Shown here piece after piece: positions 1-15,229 of a stretch of DNA of 38,161 nucleotides. The number at the start of each line of letters is the position of its first letter. The first letter of the stretch is position 1. The stretch is from assembly GCA_010015585.1 (NCBI GenBank), contig ML975189.1, one strand, 5' to 3'. This DNA is from Eremomyces bilateralis CBS 781.70 (lineage: Eukaryota). Both the position numbers and the translations under genes were made by a program. Under the pieces are notes generated by a model. It ran no database searches. It saw nothing but the letters and a program-made list of their open reading frames with translations, and was not told the DNA's origin.

Positions 1-139
1 CAGGCGGGAGGCCGTGCTGAGCAATCTCGACAAGGCGTCAAGGCTGTCCACTGTCCAGGCCCCGGAAGTTTAACTCGCCAATGGCGGAGCGGCAAAGAAA
101 CGGATCCATGTCGACAAGAAAGGTGTCCTCGCCATCCAT
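1..139 (-). CDS. Possible 5' end of an unidentified gene running off the window (MDGEDTFLVDMDPFLCRSAIGELNFRAWTVDSLDALSRLLSTASRL...)
   Basis: ATG at 139 (an in-frame ATG also at 148) and an open frame to position 1; no recognisable motif. Confidence 0.3.
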
Positions 140-1355
140 GGATCTCATCCTTTCATCTAATCATCGTGTCAGTTGTCTCTCATTCGAACCTTACTAGGCA
201 ACTGGAATGACAGGATCGGCCTGTTCCAGCAAGGATGGTCCTATCATGTTGTCCGGGTTCCTGGCCACCTGACCGCGTCGAGGGCGTGGTCGAACAATAC
301 GGACGGGATCATCTTATCAATGATCAATCATGTCGATGAGCGCTTCGGAACTCCGACTGATCATCCCCAGTCCCTGTAACATTCCTTTTGACCTTCCTAG
401 TCCTTCTATACTATCGGCAGGCGGCATCTCTTTGTTCGTTTCGATCGACAATGAATGGTGAATTCGTGATAATGGGGGATGTGATATCATACCGCTCGGT
501 GGCGGAACATCAAATATCCAGCCGCACGTGATGTGAAACCGGCAAATGATTAGTCAGCTTCATTGACATACATACATGATTCAACGGCAATCCAAGCCAT
601 CTCATGAAGGATGGCGGTAAAAGGGCTGGTAATAGAGCTGGCGCGATCCAAAATCAAGGCACCATTTTGCGTAGTGGCGCAGTCGAAATGGTGCCAGGTT
701 TAATGGGAGATAGGTGCTATTCCGCGGCAGTTTCGTGCCAGGGCCTAGGTACCGTCGTGGTCCTTCATCAAACTGTCCTTGATATACTTTCCAGGGCTAC
801 TAGTGGCTGATATCAAACCTCCTAGATTTCTGTCTCGCAGCTGGGAGCCAGAGTCAAGTGTCGGCTTGAAAAATCAACGGTGTGTTTCGGTGCTCCCAGA
901 ATCATGGAGTGTCGCATCCGAGACCTGTCTCATAGTCATAAATCATCAGCGATGGTACCAAGGGGTGTGTTAGTCCTGTCCTCCTGAATCGACCCCTCAA
1001 CAACATTGCTCGGTCTAAACAGAAATCTGTCAGGAATTGGCCTGTTGGCCGAACTCTCTTCCTTTCTTCTCTTCCTTCTCTCCTTCCTACTTCTCTAGCC
1101 ACGCTCGATCAACCAGCCTTTGCTGATGGTCCGACGACGGCATCAAATCCTAACGGTTGCGATGCTTGCGCCGGCATTTCCTAGGCAACGCAACCTGCCC
1201 ACTGCCGATCTTGCCTTTTCGATTCCTTTTTGATGACGGACTATGCTGGGGTTTATACACTTCGGGATACAGGCAGCCCAAATCTTCTACGTCCCGAGTC
1301 CGGACGAGGCAGTTAGAGGGGATTGTGCGACTAGCGCAGAGGAGTCTTACCAGGT

Positions 1356-2117
1356 CTAGATCGCCGATTCGAACCGAAAGCCATCGACATATATCATATG
1401 GGGGCGAATTCTCGGTCGAGGACGGCAGTGGCAGGCCTGGAAGTGCTCCGTGGTAGTTGAGTTTATACGTCTGCTTGATGAAACCGAGGCTAACGAGGGC
1501 AGTTCGCTTTTGAGGACGAATCTGTCTGTGTTGACAGAAACGAGGCGGTTGACCGCGCAGGCCCCGACAGCGACCGTCTGACCGCTTTCCCTCGGTTGTA
1601 GCTCGCGGTTCCCCGCCACGAACTCCATGTTCCTTTGCACACGGATCGTCGCGATAGCATGACCGACTAAGTACGAGATTATGATGTTACGATCGATTGG
1701 GCGGTGTAGATAGGAGATGCTCACTGGCATTGTCTGCGTCACGATACGCTCTGTATACCTCATGAGATCCTTGCTTAGTTGAAACGGACAACCTCCGGTC
1801 CTGGGGAGATGGGCGCCGGAAGGAATCCCGGTTTTCATGCTGAATTTCCCGCTCATTCCTATTCCACGCCGATGCCGTCGTCCAACCGGGATTTGAATTT
1901 CGCCGCGATAAAACATGGTAAACCTCCCGTTTCCCCTCCCGATGGGATCCGTATATTCAGTTCGGACCGTCTCGGTCGACTGTCGGAACGCAGTGGAGGG
2001 CAAAGACAGAGCTTTTACGCCTCGATTCTCAAAAGGCATGTGACAGCAGTGGCGGGAATCGCTTTGAGGCTCGGACTCTGACAAGCCACCGAAAGGGAAC
2101 ATCATCCAGACTGCCAC
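1356..2117 (-). other. Unidentified 253-codon open frame, possibly part of a decayed gene
   Basis: Long ORF with a non-ATG start and no recognisable domain; the upstream frame contains stops. Confidence 0.2.
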
Positions 2118-3103
2118 CCAAGTGGGACTTTATACTTCATCCAACCCCAAACGTCACCAGTGTGGGATAGCATTGGTCGAAGTGTTACCGACTGGTTTCT
2201 GGCTCACAGTATCGCTCCGGAGACTCTAACCCTGGCCCCAATGATGTACTCTCTCCTTCCACTCAGGGTAGTCTTCTCCCCAAATCGAGGATTCGACGCT
2301 CTAACTTATCGCCCCGAGGGAACTTCGCCAGCATCCAGCGGGGGCTTGGAACATGGTTAGAAGGGACCAGCAACACCTGCCTGTGTAGTTCCCCTATCGT
2401 CGCAGACCATTCCTTTGTGACGGTGGATGTCATATCCTCAGTAATTCCAATCCCGTGCAATACAAGCAGTTCCAGTCTCATTCCTAACCCTAATACACTC
2501 GAAGTCCATTCAAGTGCCTTAATTGGCCAGCGTTTCTGAGTCCTGATCTATCAATGCTTCGACCCTAGCTGCGGTTTCTTTGAGGGCCCGAATTCAATCG
2601 GCAGCCCTCGACCGTCCGTAGGCAGGTTAAAGGGTCTCTTACAAACAACCCGCTCTGCAAGTTTTTGAAGACGGCGTCATACTTCTCGCCTGTTGCTTTT
2701 TTTTATCCCTCCCATTCCGTTGCACTTAGAAGTCGGCCTCCGGAAGCCATGGGGACAGCAGTCCATGCGGTGGTCCTTTTTTCAGTTATCTTTCAAGGAC
2801 CTTTTCGGATCCGAGACAACGCTCACATCATGAGGCGATATCCACGTCTCTCGGCCCAAGAAACACTTAGAAATTAGCACTATCCCAAGCCAGGCTTCTC
2901 CGATTCCAGGATGTCATTGTCATTGTTATTCGTATTTTAATATTACATGCTGTGATGAGAATGCTTCTGCGGTATAGTCACCTTACAAGCAGTGAAGAGC
3001 AAAAAGCATGCTGATATGCCATCGAACTTCTTATCAGAGTCGAAAGTGACAACAGCCATATTACTTGCTCGACGATGATATTTCGCACGCTTCTCGAGAT
3101 TCT

Positions 3104-5369
3104 TTAAAAATTGGCACCTCCAAGCTCCACGGCCTCAAAAACCTCGTCAATTTCCCTCATTAGCTCACGGTTGACATCCGCCGCTAGACCCATGCGAGGG
3201 CATTCGGATGTGCCGCTGTGACGATCACCCGGACCCACTGGGGCACTGGACGGCTCCGCTCGCTTGGTACGATCAACTCGTTTCACAATTTCCACATACG
3301 GAGGGGGTCGACGCTGCTGAGATATGTTGTGTTGTTTACGCTTCAACGTCGTACTCATCTCCAAGCGCCCGACATGGCCCAGAATGGTGTTCGGGGGAAT
3401 ATCCGTGACCGCTAAACTTGAAGCTACAGATTGTCGCAGTGATTCGGTAGATCCCTGAGCAGCACCAGATCTTCCTGAAGCGTTGTAAGGCGAGACAAAC
3501 GATGAAGTTCCACGCGGAATGATGTGCCCTGATAGGTCCGGTTTCATCATCAACCATTCCTCCTCACCCTCGTTGGTCCCTCGAAGGTCGCTTTCCGATC
3601 CGCTTCCCGATGGTCGCCAGTTTATATGATCACTATCCATGGAGAAGTCGGAATCCCCCTCAGAACTAGTCTCTGGGATTGGAGGCCGTTTCAATCGCTT
3701 TTGTCTAGGCATTCTTGAAATCGTCTGTGAAGCTCGCTTCAGCGACAATGATTCCGAACGACTTGCAGCACTGGAACCGATGGCCCTTTTACCAGGACGA
3801 ACGCTCGTCAGCAGCCAACCATAGTCACGAGCTGTCAAAATTTCGAATTTAGATGGATTGTCCTCGAGCGCTTTCGCAATGCTTAAATAGTGCTTTGAGA
3901 TCTCTGCGAACAGCACACCGGTCTGAATGGTTTCTCCGGTGCCAGAAATGGTCTCGAGCGGGTCCTCGAACTGACACCTGAGATGTTGGATTCGATTGAT
4001 ATAGGTATGAACCGATTCCCCCTGCTGTTCCTCTGCAGTGTTGTTGGAACCCAGCCGCTCACTATCGGGTGCTATACTTTCGACGAGTCCAAACGAAGAA
4101 GAACTGTCCGCGGGGGTCAGAGCTGGAATACTCTCGTTGCGGTCGGAAGAGCTCGCACTGGGCCGTTGGGTACGGTTCATGGTTACCGGAGCCCCTCCAG
4201 GCGTATGTCCCGATTGCGTCTGCGCTGTCAGATCGCGGTGTGGTACGAAGGCTGGTGATCCACAAGAATGATCACCCATAGGAGGAACGCTGCTCAGCCC
4301 GACTGCCTCCGCTGGCGAATACCGTTCCTCGTCAGAACCCACCGAGCACTCCTAGTATGTTTCTAATCGTTGCAGGGGGCGCCTGCTGGTCTGACTCTAT
4401 TGATCGGGCTTCCTCTCGGATGGCGTCGGTAGGCGACGAGAGACATGGCCGGATAATCCAGGAGTATAGGTCGAATCTCGTTCCGAATAGAGTCGGGGGG
4501 TATCGAGCGGTACAACCGAACATTCCGAATCAGATTCCTCGTCGACTAAGAACACCCTCTGCTGTGGTTGGTTGCTGGGTCGGCCAAGCCTTTTTCGGGC
4601 CTTGATCGGTGATTTGAAGCGGTATATAAATTCGGCAAACGGTCGATCTTCAGGATCGATGTTTTCAACCACATAGGAATGTCGATCGCGACTTCCATTC
4701 GACTTGGCACGCTCCCTCTCAAATTCCACACCAGCACATTTGTTGTCCGTAGCATCCTCGAGAAATTCCAACGAGTCCGACTCCAGAGGCTTCTCCCCAA
4801 GCATCCGAACTCGGTATGCCCGGACCGTGATCTTTCGGATCCGCTCGGGCTCCTCCTCTGGCTCTTTCGGAAACTTCCAACGATGAATAAAATCATCACC
4901 ATTCCGAGCAACCTCCCGATTGCCCCTGAAACAATCGGTGTACTCCCAATTACTTTCAGAAAAAGGCGCAGCATTGATTCGTTGAATCCCAAATTCCTCA
5001 TTGTCCCCAAATATGACTTCCCTTAACGTGAATTGAATGTTAGTGCCAGCCTGTTCTTCAAGGCTAAACGAAATTATCGAGGTGTTCTCACCATTGTACA
5101 TAGTCTGAAATGTAATTCAATTGTTTGGTGTGCACATGAAAGCGCGACCCAGGCGCCCTGGGGTTTATCCATATCGAGATTCTCCGATTAACAACGTCCT
5201 CGCGCCTATTGTCTTCGCGCAAACGCTCCCATAACCCGTCTTCTGCATGGTCAGGGACGAAAATAAAGCACTTGAAGCTCTGGTATTCGGGTATCTTGAA
5301 TAGAAGGGAGTGGTGTTGGGGGTATTGGAGAGACTGAGGAGTATCGAAGGCGGGCGTTTCTCGACGCAT
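3104..5369 (-). CDS. DUF7918-like hypothetical protein (paralog A) with a long disordered C-terminus; frame interrupted by two in-frame TAG codons
   Basis: Exon 5369-5092, intron 5091-5022 (GTGAGA...CTAAC...AAG), then one reading frame from 5021 to 3104 with TAG at 4399-4397 and 4354-4352; motif ENIDPEDRPFAEFIYRFKS resembles the DUF7918 C-terminal signature. Confidence 0.55.
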
Positions 5370-6008
5370 AGGATGGGCACCATATGGGGATGGCTGGAGC
5401 CATAGTGATTATTTGGACGTGCCTAGTATCAAGTTTCGACACGGGTAGTCAGGCTTCGATCGATTAGATGGTCACTTAGATCGCCGAGAGTGGAAACGCC
5501 CAAAACACCAGTATGCATTGCGGATACGTGCTATCGACCCGCGGCCTGGCTCACGCACGTCCTTCCGCCCAACGGGAGTCCATACCTTGACCGTCCAGAT
5601 GTGAGAAACTGTCACGTCGCACTAAAAGCTCCTGAGGCCTGGCACAAAATAGCAGATTGGCAGCGCCGTCCGGAATATGCGGCAAGTGGTGGCCGAATTT
5701 GAATCGGCCAATGTTCACGGCCTGCTTGTCCACGGGAGCCACATACGAGAAGCTACTTGGCAGGAATTGGCCTGTCCCCTCCATCAAAGTTTAGACAAGT
5801 GCGATGAGATTATTGGAAATATATATCATACCGAGAAAGAGTTGAAATCTATGGTCTTGATCCCGCTTCTCCAACCAAAACATTTGCCCGACCAATTAGT
5901 CAAATCAGTCAAGCCCTACAGATACAGTAACCACAAAAGCTGTCGATTCCTCGAATGAGTCTCTTAAAATAAGTTCCGCACTGCTTTGCTGTGAATATGG
6001 ATGAGCTG

Positions 6009-8390
6009 CTACCAGAACTCAGTTTCGGTCTTGCTCTCCTGGCCCAGCTCAGTCATAGTAGCGTCGTTGATTTTATGCCGGCAGGGCGATGACAAACAAA
6101 CACAGTCCACAGCTCTCCACTTCTCCACCTCCATTTCCAGCATCTGTGCGAGTGAAGGGTTTCTCCCACCATTTTCCTCTGCTACAATTGTGGTTGGATT
6201 CCCTATGAGACACTGGAAAACATAAGACGAATGTCATTCAGTGGGCAGCGAGTACTCACTTGGTCATCAACTTGATCCTGTCTACCTTTTGACCGAACCA
6301 GATGTTGTGGCCTTTTGTAGGATTTGGACCGTGAGATGGGAAGTCAGGTGCCTGGTGCTGAGCTGCCCGAGGCCCGATTGTGGACGGTGGCACTGATCGC
6401 GTCGAAATTGCACCTGAATATAATTTCTGTTGATCCTGGATCGTAGAGGTCAACCCCTGGGAGTTCCTTGCCGTGGAGGATGACGCTCGGTATGGCCCCT
6501 CTATGCCTCCGCTGTGAAATTATTACCAGTGGCGATAAGGACCTGGTCGTCCCCCTGGAATTGCCGCCCTGCCTGGTCAGTTTGATCTTTCAGTTCCTCC
6601 GCTAACGCCGGCACTAGGCCACGTGCACCAGATTCACCGGAAGCTCTCGCTGGGGAGTTGGTAGTAGATTTTCTCACTACAAGCGAATTCCCAGACGTCG
6701 TACTATGCATTCTAGCATGTGGTTCGTTCTCTCTCATGCCGAAAGTGAATGAAGAGGGTGTCACATCTATTTGTTGGAGGCGATTGGGGTGGATCAGCCC
6801 GCTATGCCAAGTGAGTGGGTTGCATGGAATGGGTTGGCCATTGTTACGGGTCTGTCGAGGCCAGGTGCTATCAATACAAAGGGAGAGATAATGGATGTCA
6901 CCTTGATCTCGCTAGTGACTTCAATTCTCGTCGAGGCGGTGTGTGTCAGACCCGGCGGCGCAAAAATGCTCCCTGAGGCTGGAAGCTTTCCTTTCTTCTT
7001 GCCATACGAGTACCTCGTAGCAGTCCTGTGGTTTCACGGATTAGTGGGAATGGATTAGGTAGTGCATGTAGTCGGGAACCTGGAGTTATCCTGGTGTCCC
7101 TCAGTATCCGTGCTGCCTTGCCGCCATGGCGCGCGATCAACGGGCGAGTCGGTGCCATCACGATATACCATATTCCAGCTGTGCGGCGCATTAGATGTGT
7201 CTGTTCGTGTGGGAATAATCGCTAGTCGTGATGGAAATGGTTGGTGCTTAGACTTTGGGGCAGAATGATAATAGTTATCTAGAGACTGTGGACGGTTGGA
7301 GCTCGTGGCTTCGTTTAATCCCCTATGTGGTTCCGAAAGGTTAGGCACCAATGTCAACAACGGCTTTCAAAGCTCTCTGCCAACCATTTACCTCATTATC
7401 TCAGCACATTCCGACAGATCGATCGTTTCTAGATCTCTTCCTTCGCCAGGATAGGCAACATATCACTGTGATGGGACAACTCCGAGTGGCAGGCAGATTG
7501 GATACCATCCTCAGCTTCGGAGAGAATCTCCTCTATTGGGATGAAATCATCCTCACATCCGGATTTAGAGTCATTGGGCTTGGAAGACCCGAAGACCTTT
7601 GGGGATGCAATTCCCATAACTGTCGCCCTTCAGGGGCGATCGATTCCAGGCGAACAAAACGCAGGTTGTTGTTGACTCGGCGTTTGGGGGCCGTGTATTT
7701 GAACAGGAACTCTGCAAACGGGTTTCTCTTCTCTGCTCGGACAAAATAAGTGTCTTCCAACAACCATGGTCTTGGAGAAGCCCCGCTCCAACCGCCAACG
7801 AGAAACTCTGGACTTCATACGTCCGGAATATTTCAGTGAACAACTTCAGTCTCCTTTTTTTTCAGTCCCTGACTTAATCATAGTCGAACCGGATGTAGGC
7901 CTCGGCATGATGAACTTCGGGGTCCAAAGAATCGATCGGTTGGAAATAGAAGGGCTTGCTGATGCCATTGAACCCCGTTTTGTTGCTACGGCATAGTGAC
8001 TCTCCGATACAGAGCCGGGCACTTGGCCGGTGCTCGGAACGAGCCGACGGATTCATTCGACGAGCCCACATCTGTTCTTGATGGAGCACGACACTGGCGC
8101 AAGCAGTCGCTGTTGGCATCCGGAACGTTGTCGGCTGCAGCATAGCACTGACACTTCCACAAACTCCCCAATGAAGTCTTTCCACGAAATCGCAACCCTG
8201 AATCGGCCGAAGTTTGCGCATACATGTATTTCGATCGACGAACCGTCTTCAGATGTACGAGATTCCTCCAAAGTAGACCATTGGCTCGAGTTGGCATCCA
8301 ACTTTTGTGCAGCCTTTGCTCGTGAGCACTTGCAGCGAGCATTGAACACCCTCGAATTCAGGCGTGATGATATTGAAAGACAATGAGGAT
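6009..8390 (-). pseudogene. Decayed paralog B of the DUF7918-like gene
   Basis: Collinear similar segments: TPEFEGVQCSLQV vs IPEYQSFKCFIFV; RNPFAEFLFKYTAP vs DRPFAEFIYRFKSP; PIEEILSEAEDGIQSACHSELSHH vs PLETISGTGETIQTGVLFAEISKH. Several stops (TAA 7876-7874, TGA about 7864) and frameshifts; canonical intron 6259-6213 before a last exon ending at TAG 6009. Confidence 0.5.
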
Positions 8391-8479
8391 ATGGAGGGAT
8401 GATAGAGGAAGGTTCGAGATTGAGAACAGAGTATAGTGGAGTTTATACTAGAATTGAAAATCAATGAACACGTAGAAGT

Positions 8480-8500
8480 CGCGTCGACGCGTCGACGCGT
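8480..8500. promoter_or_regulatory. Tandem MCB-like (ACGCGT) cluster CGCGTCGA-CGCGTCGA-CGCGT
   Basis: ACGCGT at 8487-8492 and 8495-8500, about 100 bp upstream of paralog B. Confidence 0.4.
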
Positions 8501-9379
8501 GAGTTAGACCTTGGGTAGCAGACATCCCCATCTCCACAGCTCCGCAGTTCTTACACCACGGACTGCTCGACTGGTTCTTTGCGCCACCAAACCGCGGGTT
8601 GGCATTTGGCAGAAATCGATGAATGTAGTACAATGAAGAGGGAAGAATCTAGTCATCATCTGATTGATACTGTCCTAGGCGGCTGGACCTGGCTCAAACG
8701 CAAGCATCTGCCGTAGATCAAACAAAACTGTCATTCCCCGATGCCAGTTGCAGCTAAGCGACGCGGAGATCTGCATAATTCAAGTGATTTTGAGGGTGGC
8801 TTGGGGAAGGCGAGACTCCATGGTACACAGCAGTAGACGAAGGTGCCGATGTGATAAGTCGTTTACGCCCAAGTTTGGGTCACCTGCATCCAACCATACA
8901 TTCAAAATTAAGGATGGAAAAATACCCCACTGACCTGCATTTACTACTCGTATGTGTCGACAAATCCTTAATTGAGGCTAATGAAGGCGGAAGAAAGTTG
9001 CACGATGTTTCAAGAACAGGGATAGGCGTCCAAGTATCGGTGAAAGTTGGAAGCCAAACATGCAGCGGAAATCCATTGCTAGTGTCATTAGGGACATCCG
9101 TTCAGATATCAGGGTTCAGCTGTGGACAGTGAGATGCAACCGAAAGCAGTGGACAAGTTCATGGTTAGAGGTAGTCGCTCCAACGCTGGATTTGCAGTAT
9201 GCATGCTGATATCAGTTTCGAATGACCCCTGCCCTGGCTGTGTGGTTGTCGTAAACTCCATTTCCCATATCTGAACCATTGGACATCACCAAATCTGAAA
9301 AGCGGCGTCCATTCCCCGTCGATTAATCCTATATCGCAATCCTCCAAACTCCACATCGTTGGCAATGTCGTTGCGATCA

Positions 9380-12410
<3,031 letters not shown>

Positions 12411-12669
12411 GGCGGGGGTGGAAAGGATGGGTGGGATGGATCAACAAACAAGGACCCTGAGATGCAGAAGAGTGAGCCAAGGTGTTCGAGAGGGAGATGG
12501 CTCGGTCCCTGATGATTGATGGTTCTGCGGTAAGGTAAAGTGAGGTAGAAGTTAGGTAGAAGTGCAGCAATGGCAAGTATTAATAGTAGCACTGAAGCCT
12601 TCCACTCTTCTTGTTAAGTGAACTTTCCTCCTCTCCCCCTCTCCCACGAAATGATGTTGAGTCGACAAG

Positions 12670-12686
12670 ACGCGTCAAGAAACGCG
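12670..12686. promoter_or_regulatory. MCB elements upstream of MCM3
   Basis: ACGCGT at 12670-12675 and ACGCG at 12682-12686, about 260 bp upstream of the MCM3 ATG; MBF control of replication genes is established in ascomycetes. Confidence 0.55.
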
Positions 12687-13120
12687 CTAATCCGATCGGG
12701 AATGGTACCGTACCAGAGCATTGCTTACATAGTACGTAAGTAATACCTAATCCGATGCGGTTGGAGCTACCAATTCATCCTTCATACCTCATACCTCATG
12801 CAGTCATGCTTCATACTTCATACTCACTCACTCGCTCATCATAGTGGACGGGAGGTCCTTTCGAGTTTCTATACCGCAAGATGGGGACAGTATTCGCGCT
12901 AAAGATGCAGAAATTGATCCAATCCGCTCAAAATCTATCAGAATCGCTCTTCCTTCGGTACGCGAGAGTGAGATTCAACTACGGAGTACTTCGGTTTGGT
13001 TCGGATCCATAATTCCATATTTCCATTGCTCTACGATTGTCACCAGATACGTCTTGGTAAAATCGTTCTGGAAAAGTTTGGACCGCTGCCCACTCTCGAT
13101 CCTATGTAAAAGACTACAGG

Positions 13121-13307
13121 TACGTCGTGCTCAAATGGTTGGGGGTCAGGTGATTTGGTGACAGCAGCAAAGTTGTTGTATTGTGTGAGTTGTGTGTTCT
13201 ATGTGAATGCCCGTTCCCTGGCCCTGCAGATATACGAGACTCATGGCAAGATTATTAATGCAGTTTGTAGCCTCAGGCCCCTGGATCTAATTCTTTGGCC
13301 TGCGACA
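13121..13307. mobile_element. Degenerate solo LTR, same family as 35332-35545
   Basis: Collinear similarity including the identical block GGCAAGATTATTAATGCAGTTTGTAGCCT and the TTGGCCTGCGACA end; left terminus eroded, no exact TSD. Confidence 0.75.
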
Positions 13308-13899
13308 GCGGGTTTGGGACGGATATTTGCGTTTTTGGAAAGTTTCAATCACGCTAATTTCATATGATAGCTTCGGGGAATCGAGGGCTAATGCCTTGGC
13401 GACAGGTCGAAACAAAGTTTTAGGCTGCGCTTCGGCGGAAGCCAATTTCGCTATTAGTGACTGTACCCACGCCGAGGCCATGCGGAGATGGGGTCGGAGA
13501 TCACATGCTATGTCTGCCTCCTTTCATATCCATATATGTTCCTGGGAATGTTATCTGCGCCTTAACGTGTATATGATTTCTTTGGGTCTGCAGGTTCCAC
13601 CGGTCCGTTGGAAACAGACGGAAAAACAGTAGTAGGGGCCTGAGTCTTTGGGTTCAAAGATCTGATCGTTCTGTCAAGTCCTTTCACGTCTATGCCGTTG
13701 CCAATCAATCACTCTCTATCCATGGTTCTATCCGAGAGGCCTTCATTGTGAAAGACCACAATAATGGCTCTCCCTTAGTTTCTGCAACAAATGGCGGACA
13801 CAAACGACTCTGGAGTGGTCCATTACCGCCTACGCAGGGCGAGATGGAACAGGCTAGGTCAATCTCAAGGCTAGACGGGTAATATATCTCGCCATGATG

Positions 13900-14776
13900 A
13901 AAGCCGGCCGACCTCGTCAAGGTGTTGAAGCGCCCACGCGCGCGCAAAGTCATTACACGCCAAATCGAACGCGGTGGTGACCAATTCGGCGAGTGGACAG
14001 GATGTTGGCTCGTCCGATCCGCGCTAAGGATCTGGTGGATCGACTGAAACGTTATCCGAACGTGCGAGAATTCTCGAACGCCCGGCTCCAACAAATCGCG
14101 GCGACCAAGGATGACGCGTCTGTACCGGAGTTCATGGCCACACATAAACAATCCTTTGATTTGCATCGGGTGGCTTTCCTTGCCTACCATGGTCGGCTTC
14201 CAGCGGGCAAGCGCGGAGTGAGCCACGTGTGCCAATGGATCGTGCTTCGCCGTTGAGTACTTACTCGACAAAGACCATGCGACGAACTTGGGTCGGATCC
14301 CGTGCGCCGGCATCGTCTACTGCCTAAATCACAAAAAGCTGCACCTTGTATTTGCGAGTTGCCATCACAAGTTCTTTGTCGGAAGCGGCACGACGATGTC
14401 CACTGATGCCTCACGGCGCAATCAGGTGTGGCCGGACCATTGGAACCAGGAGACGACCAGCAAACGTGGCTGCGGAGGGTGGAGGCGGATAACGTTCGAC
14501 CCGACACCTCGACGATGGGGGACCGGCTAGCCCAGGCTTCTCGACGCAATCCGATGGAATGAATCCCTCGAGCTCGCCTGGGATCACGACATCTACGGGG
14601 AGTCTGGTGATACCATGGACATCGAAGGTGGCATCCTCGAAGTGGCCGCCATCGAATCGGTCGTGGAGTGGGACCTGCCCGGGGAGAGCTCAAGCTGCGA
14701 TGATACCGACGAGCATTCGACGTCGACTGGAGATCGGGCGGACGAGGACGCGGACATGAAGATGGATGAGCCGTGA
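13900..14776 (+). pseudogene. Frameshifted His-Cys box (zf-His_Me_endon, I-PpoI-like) endonuclease relic with an acidic tail
   Basis: Joined across frameshifts: GEWTGCWL...LHRVAFLAYHGRLPAGKRGVSHVC/NGSCFAVEYLLDKDHATNLGRIPCAGIVYCLNHKKLHLVFASCHH/VLCRK, matching SHxCxNxxCxxxxHLxxxxxxxNxxRxxC...CxHxxxC. Confidence 0.75.
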
Positions 14777-15189
14777 CCTGAAGGTGGTGGGGATCACGCG
14801 TGGAAGGACTACATGGGCTGCTTCGAGGCGGAGCGGCGTGGCTTTAGTTCCCACTCCACTCCGATCATCACCTGGGCTCCCTAAGGAATGAGGACTGGAA
14901 TGGATTCTGTGGAGTTGGCAGTGCACACATCGAGATGGCATCTGACCACACTGCACAATCTGCCGTGATACCTGTCAGTGTACATACCGCAAGATCTTGA
15001 GACAATCTACCTAGACTGGAGGATCAGAATCCAACATAGTTAGCTCAAATTTATACACCTGTGAACGGATCAAATCAAATACCCATCCTGCGAAAGACCT
15101 TGCGGTATCTGATGAAGTACTTAAATCTCAGTCCTCGCTCCTCGGATGAGTCGGACACTCGGACAGCTGAGGCAGATCACCAGATCTCC

Positions 15190-15229
15190 AGATCACGTGA
15201 TCTTATATCTCTGACTCATGCACGTGCAT
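15190..15229. promoter_or_regulatory. Two palindromic E-boxes (AGATCACGTGATCT, ATGCACGTGCAT) flanking TGACTCA upstream of RPL40
   Basis: Seen directly at 15190-15203, 15212-15218 and 15218-15229. Confidence 0.45.

Noticed and set aside
1028..1155. TGTCAGGA...TCCTAACG segment with a pyrimidine tract, LTR-like
   Set aside because: Short, imperfect termini, no TSD and no second copy in the window
5490..5958. Plus-strand ORFs between paralogs A and B
   Set aside because: Short, no motif, no clear splice structure
12781..12842. TCATAC/TCAC short tandem repeats
   Set aside because: Simple low-complexity sequence; not a repeat-spacer array
13560..13700. Possible group I intron core next to the endonuclease relic
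   Set aside because: Only a short hairpin (TCTTTG...CAAAGA) and a vague S-like motif; no P/Q/R elements and no rRNA exons
15088..15175. GAAA...CTGATGA (hammerhead-like) and TGATGA...CTGA (C/D snoRNA-like) motifs
   Set aside because: No stem I or II geometry for a hammerhead, and no recognisable guide or terminal stem for a snoRNA
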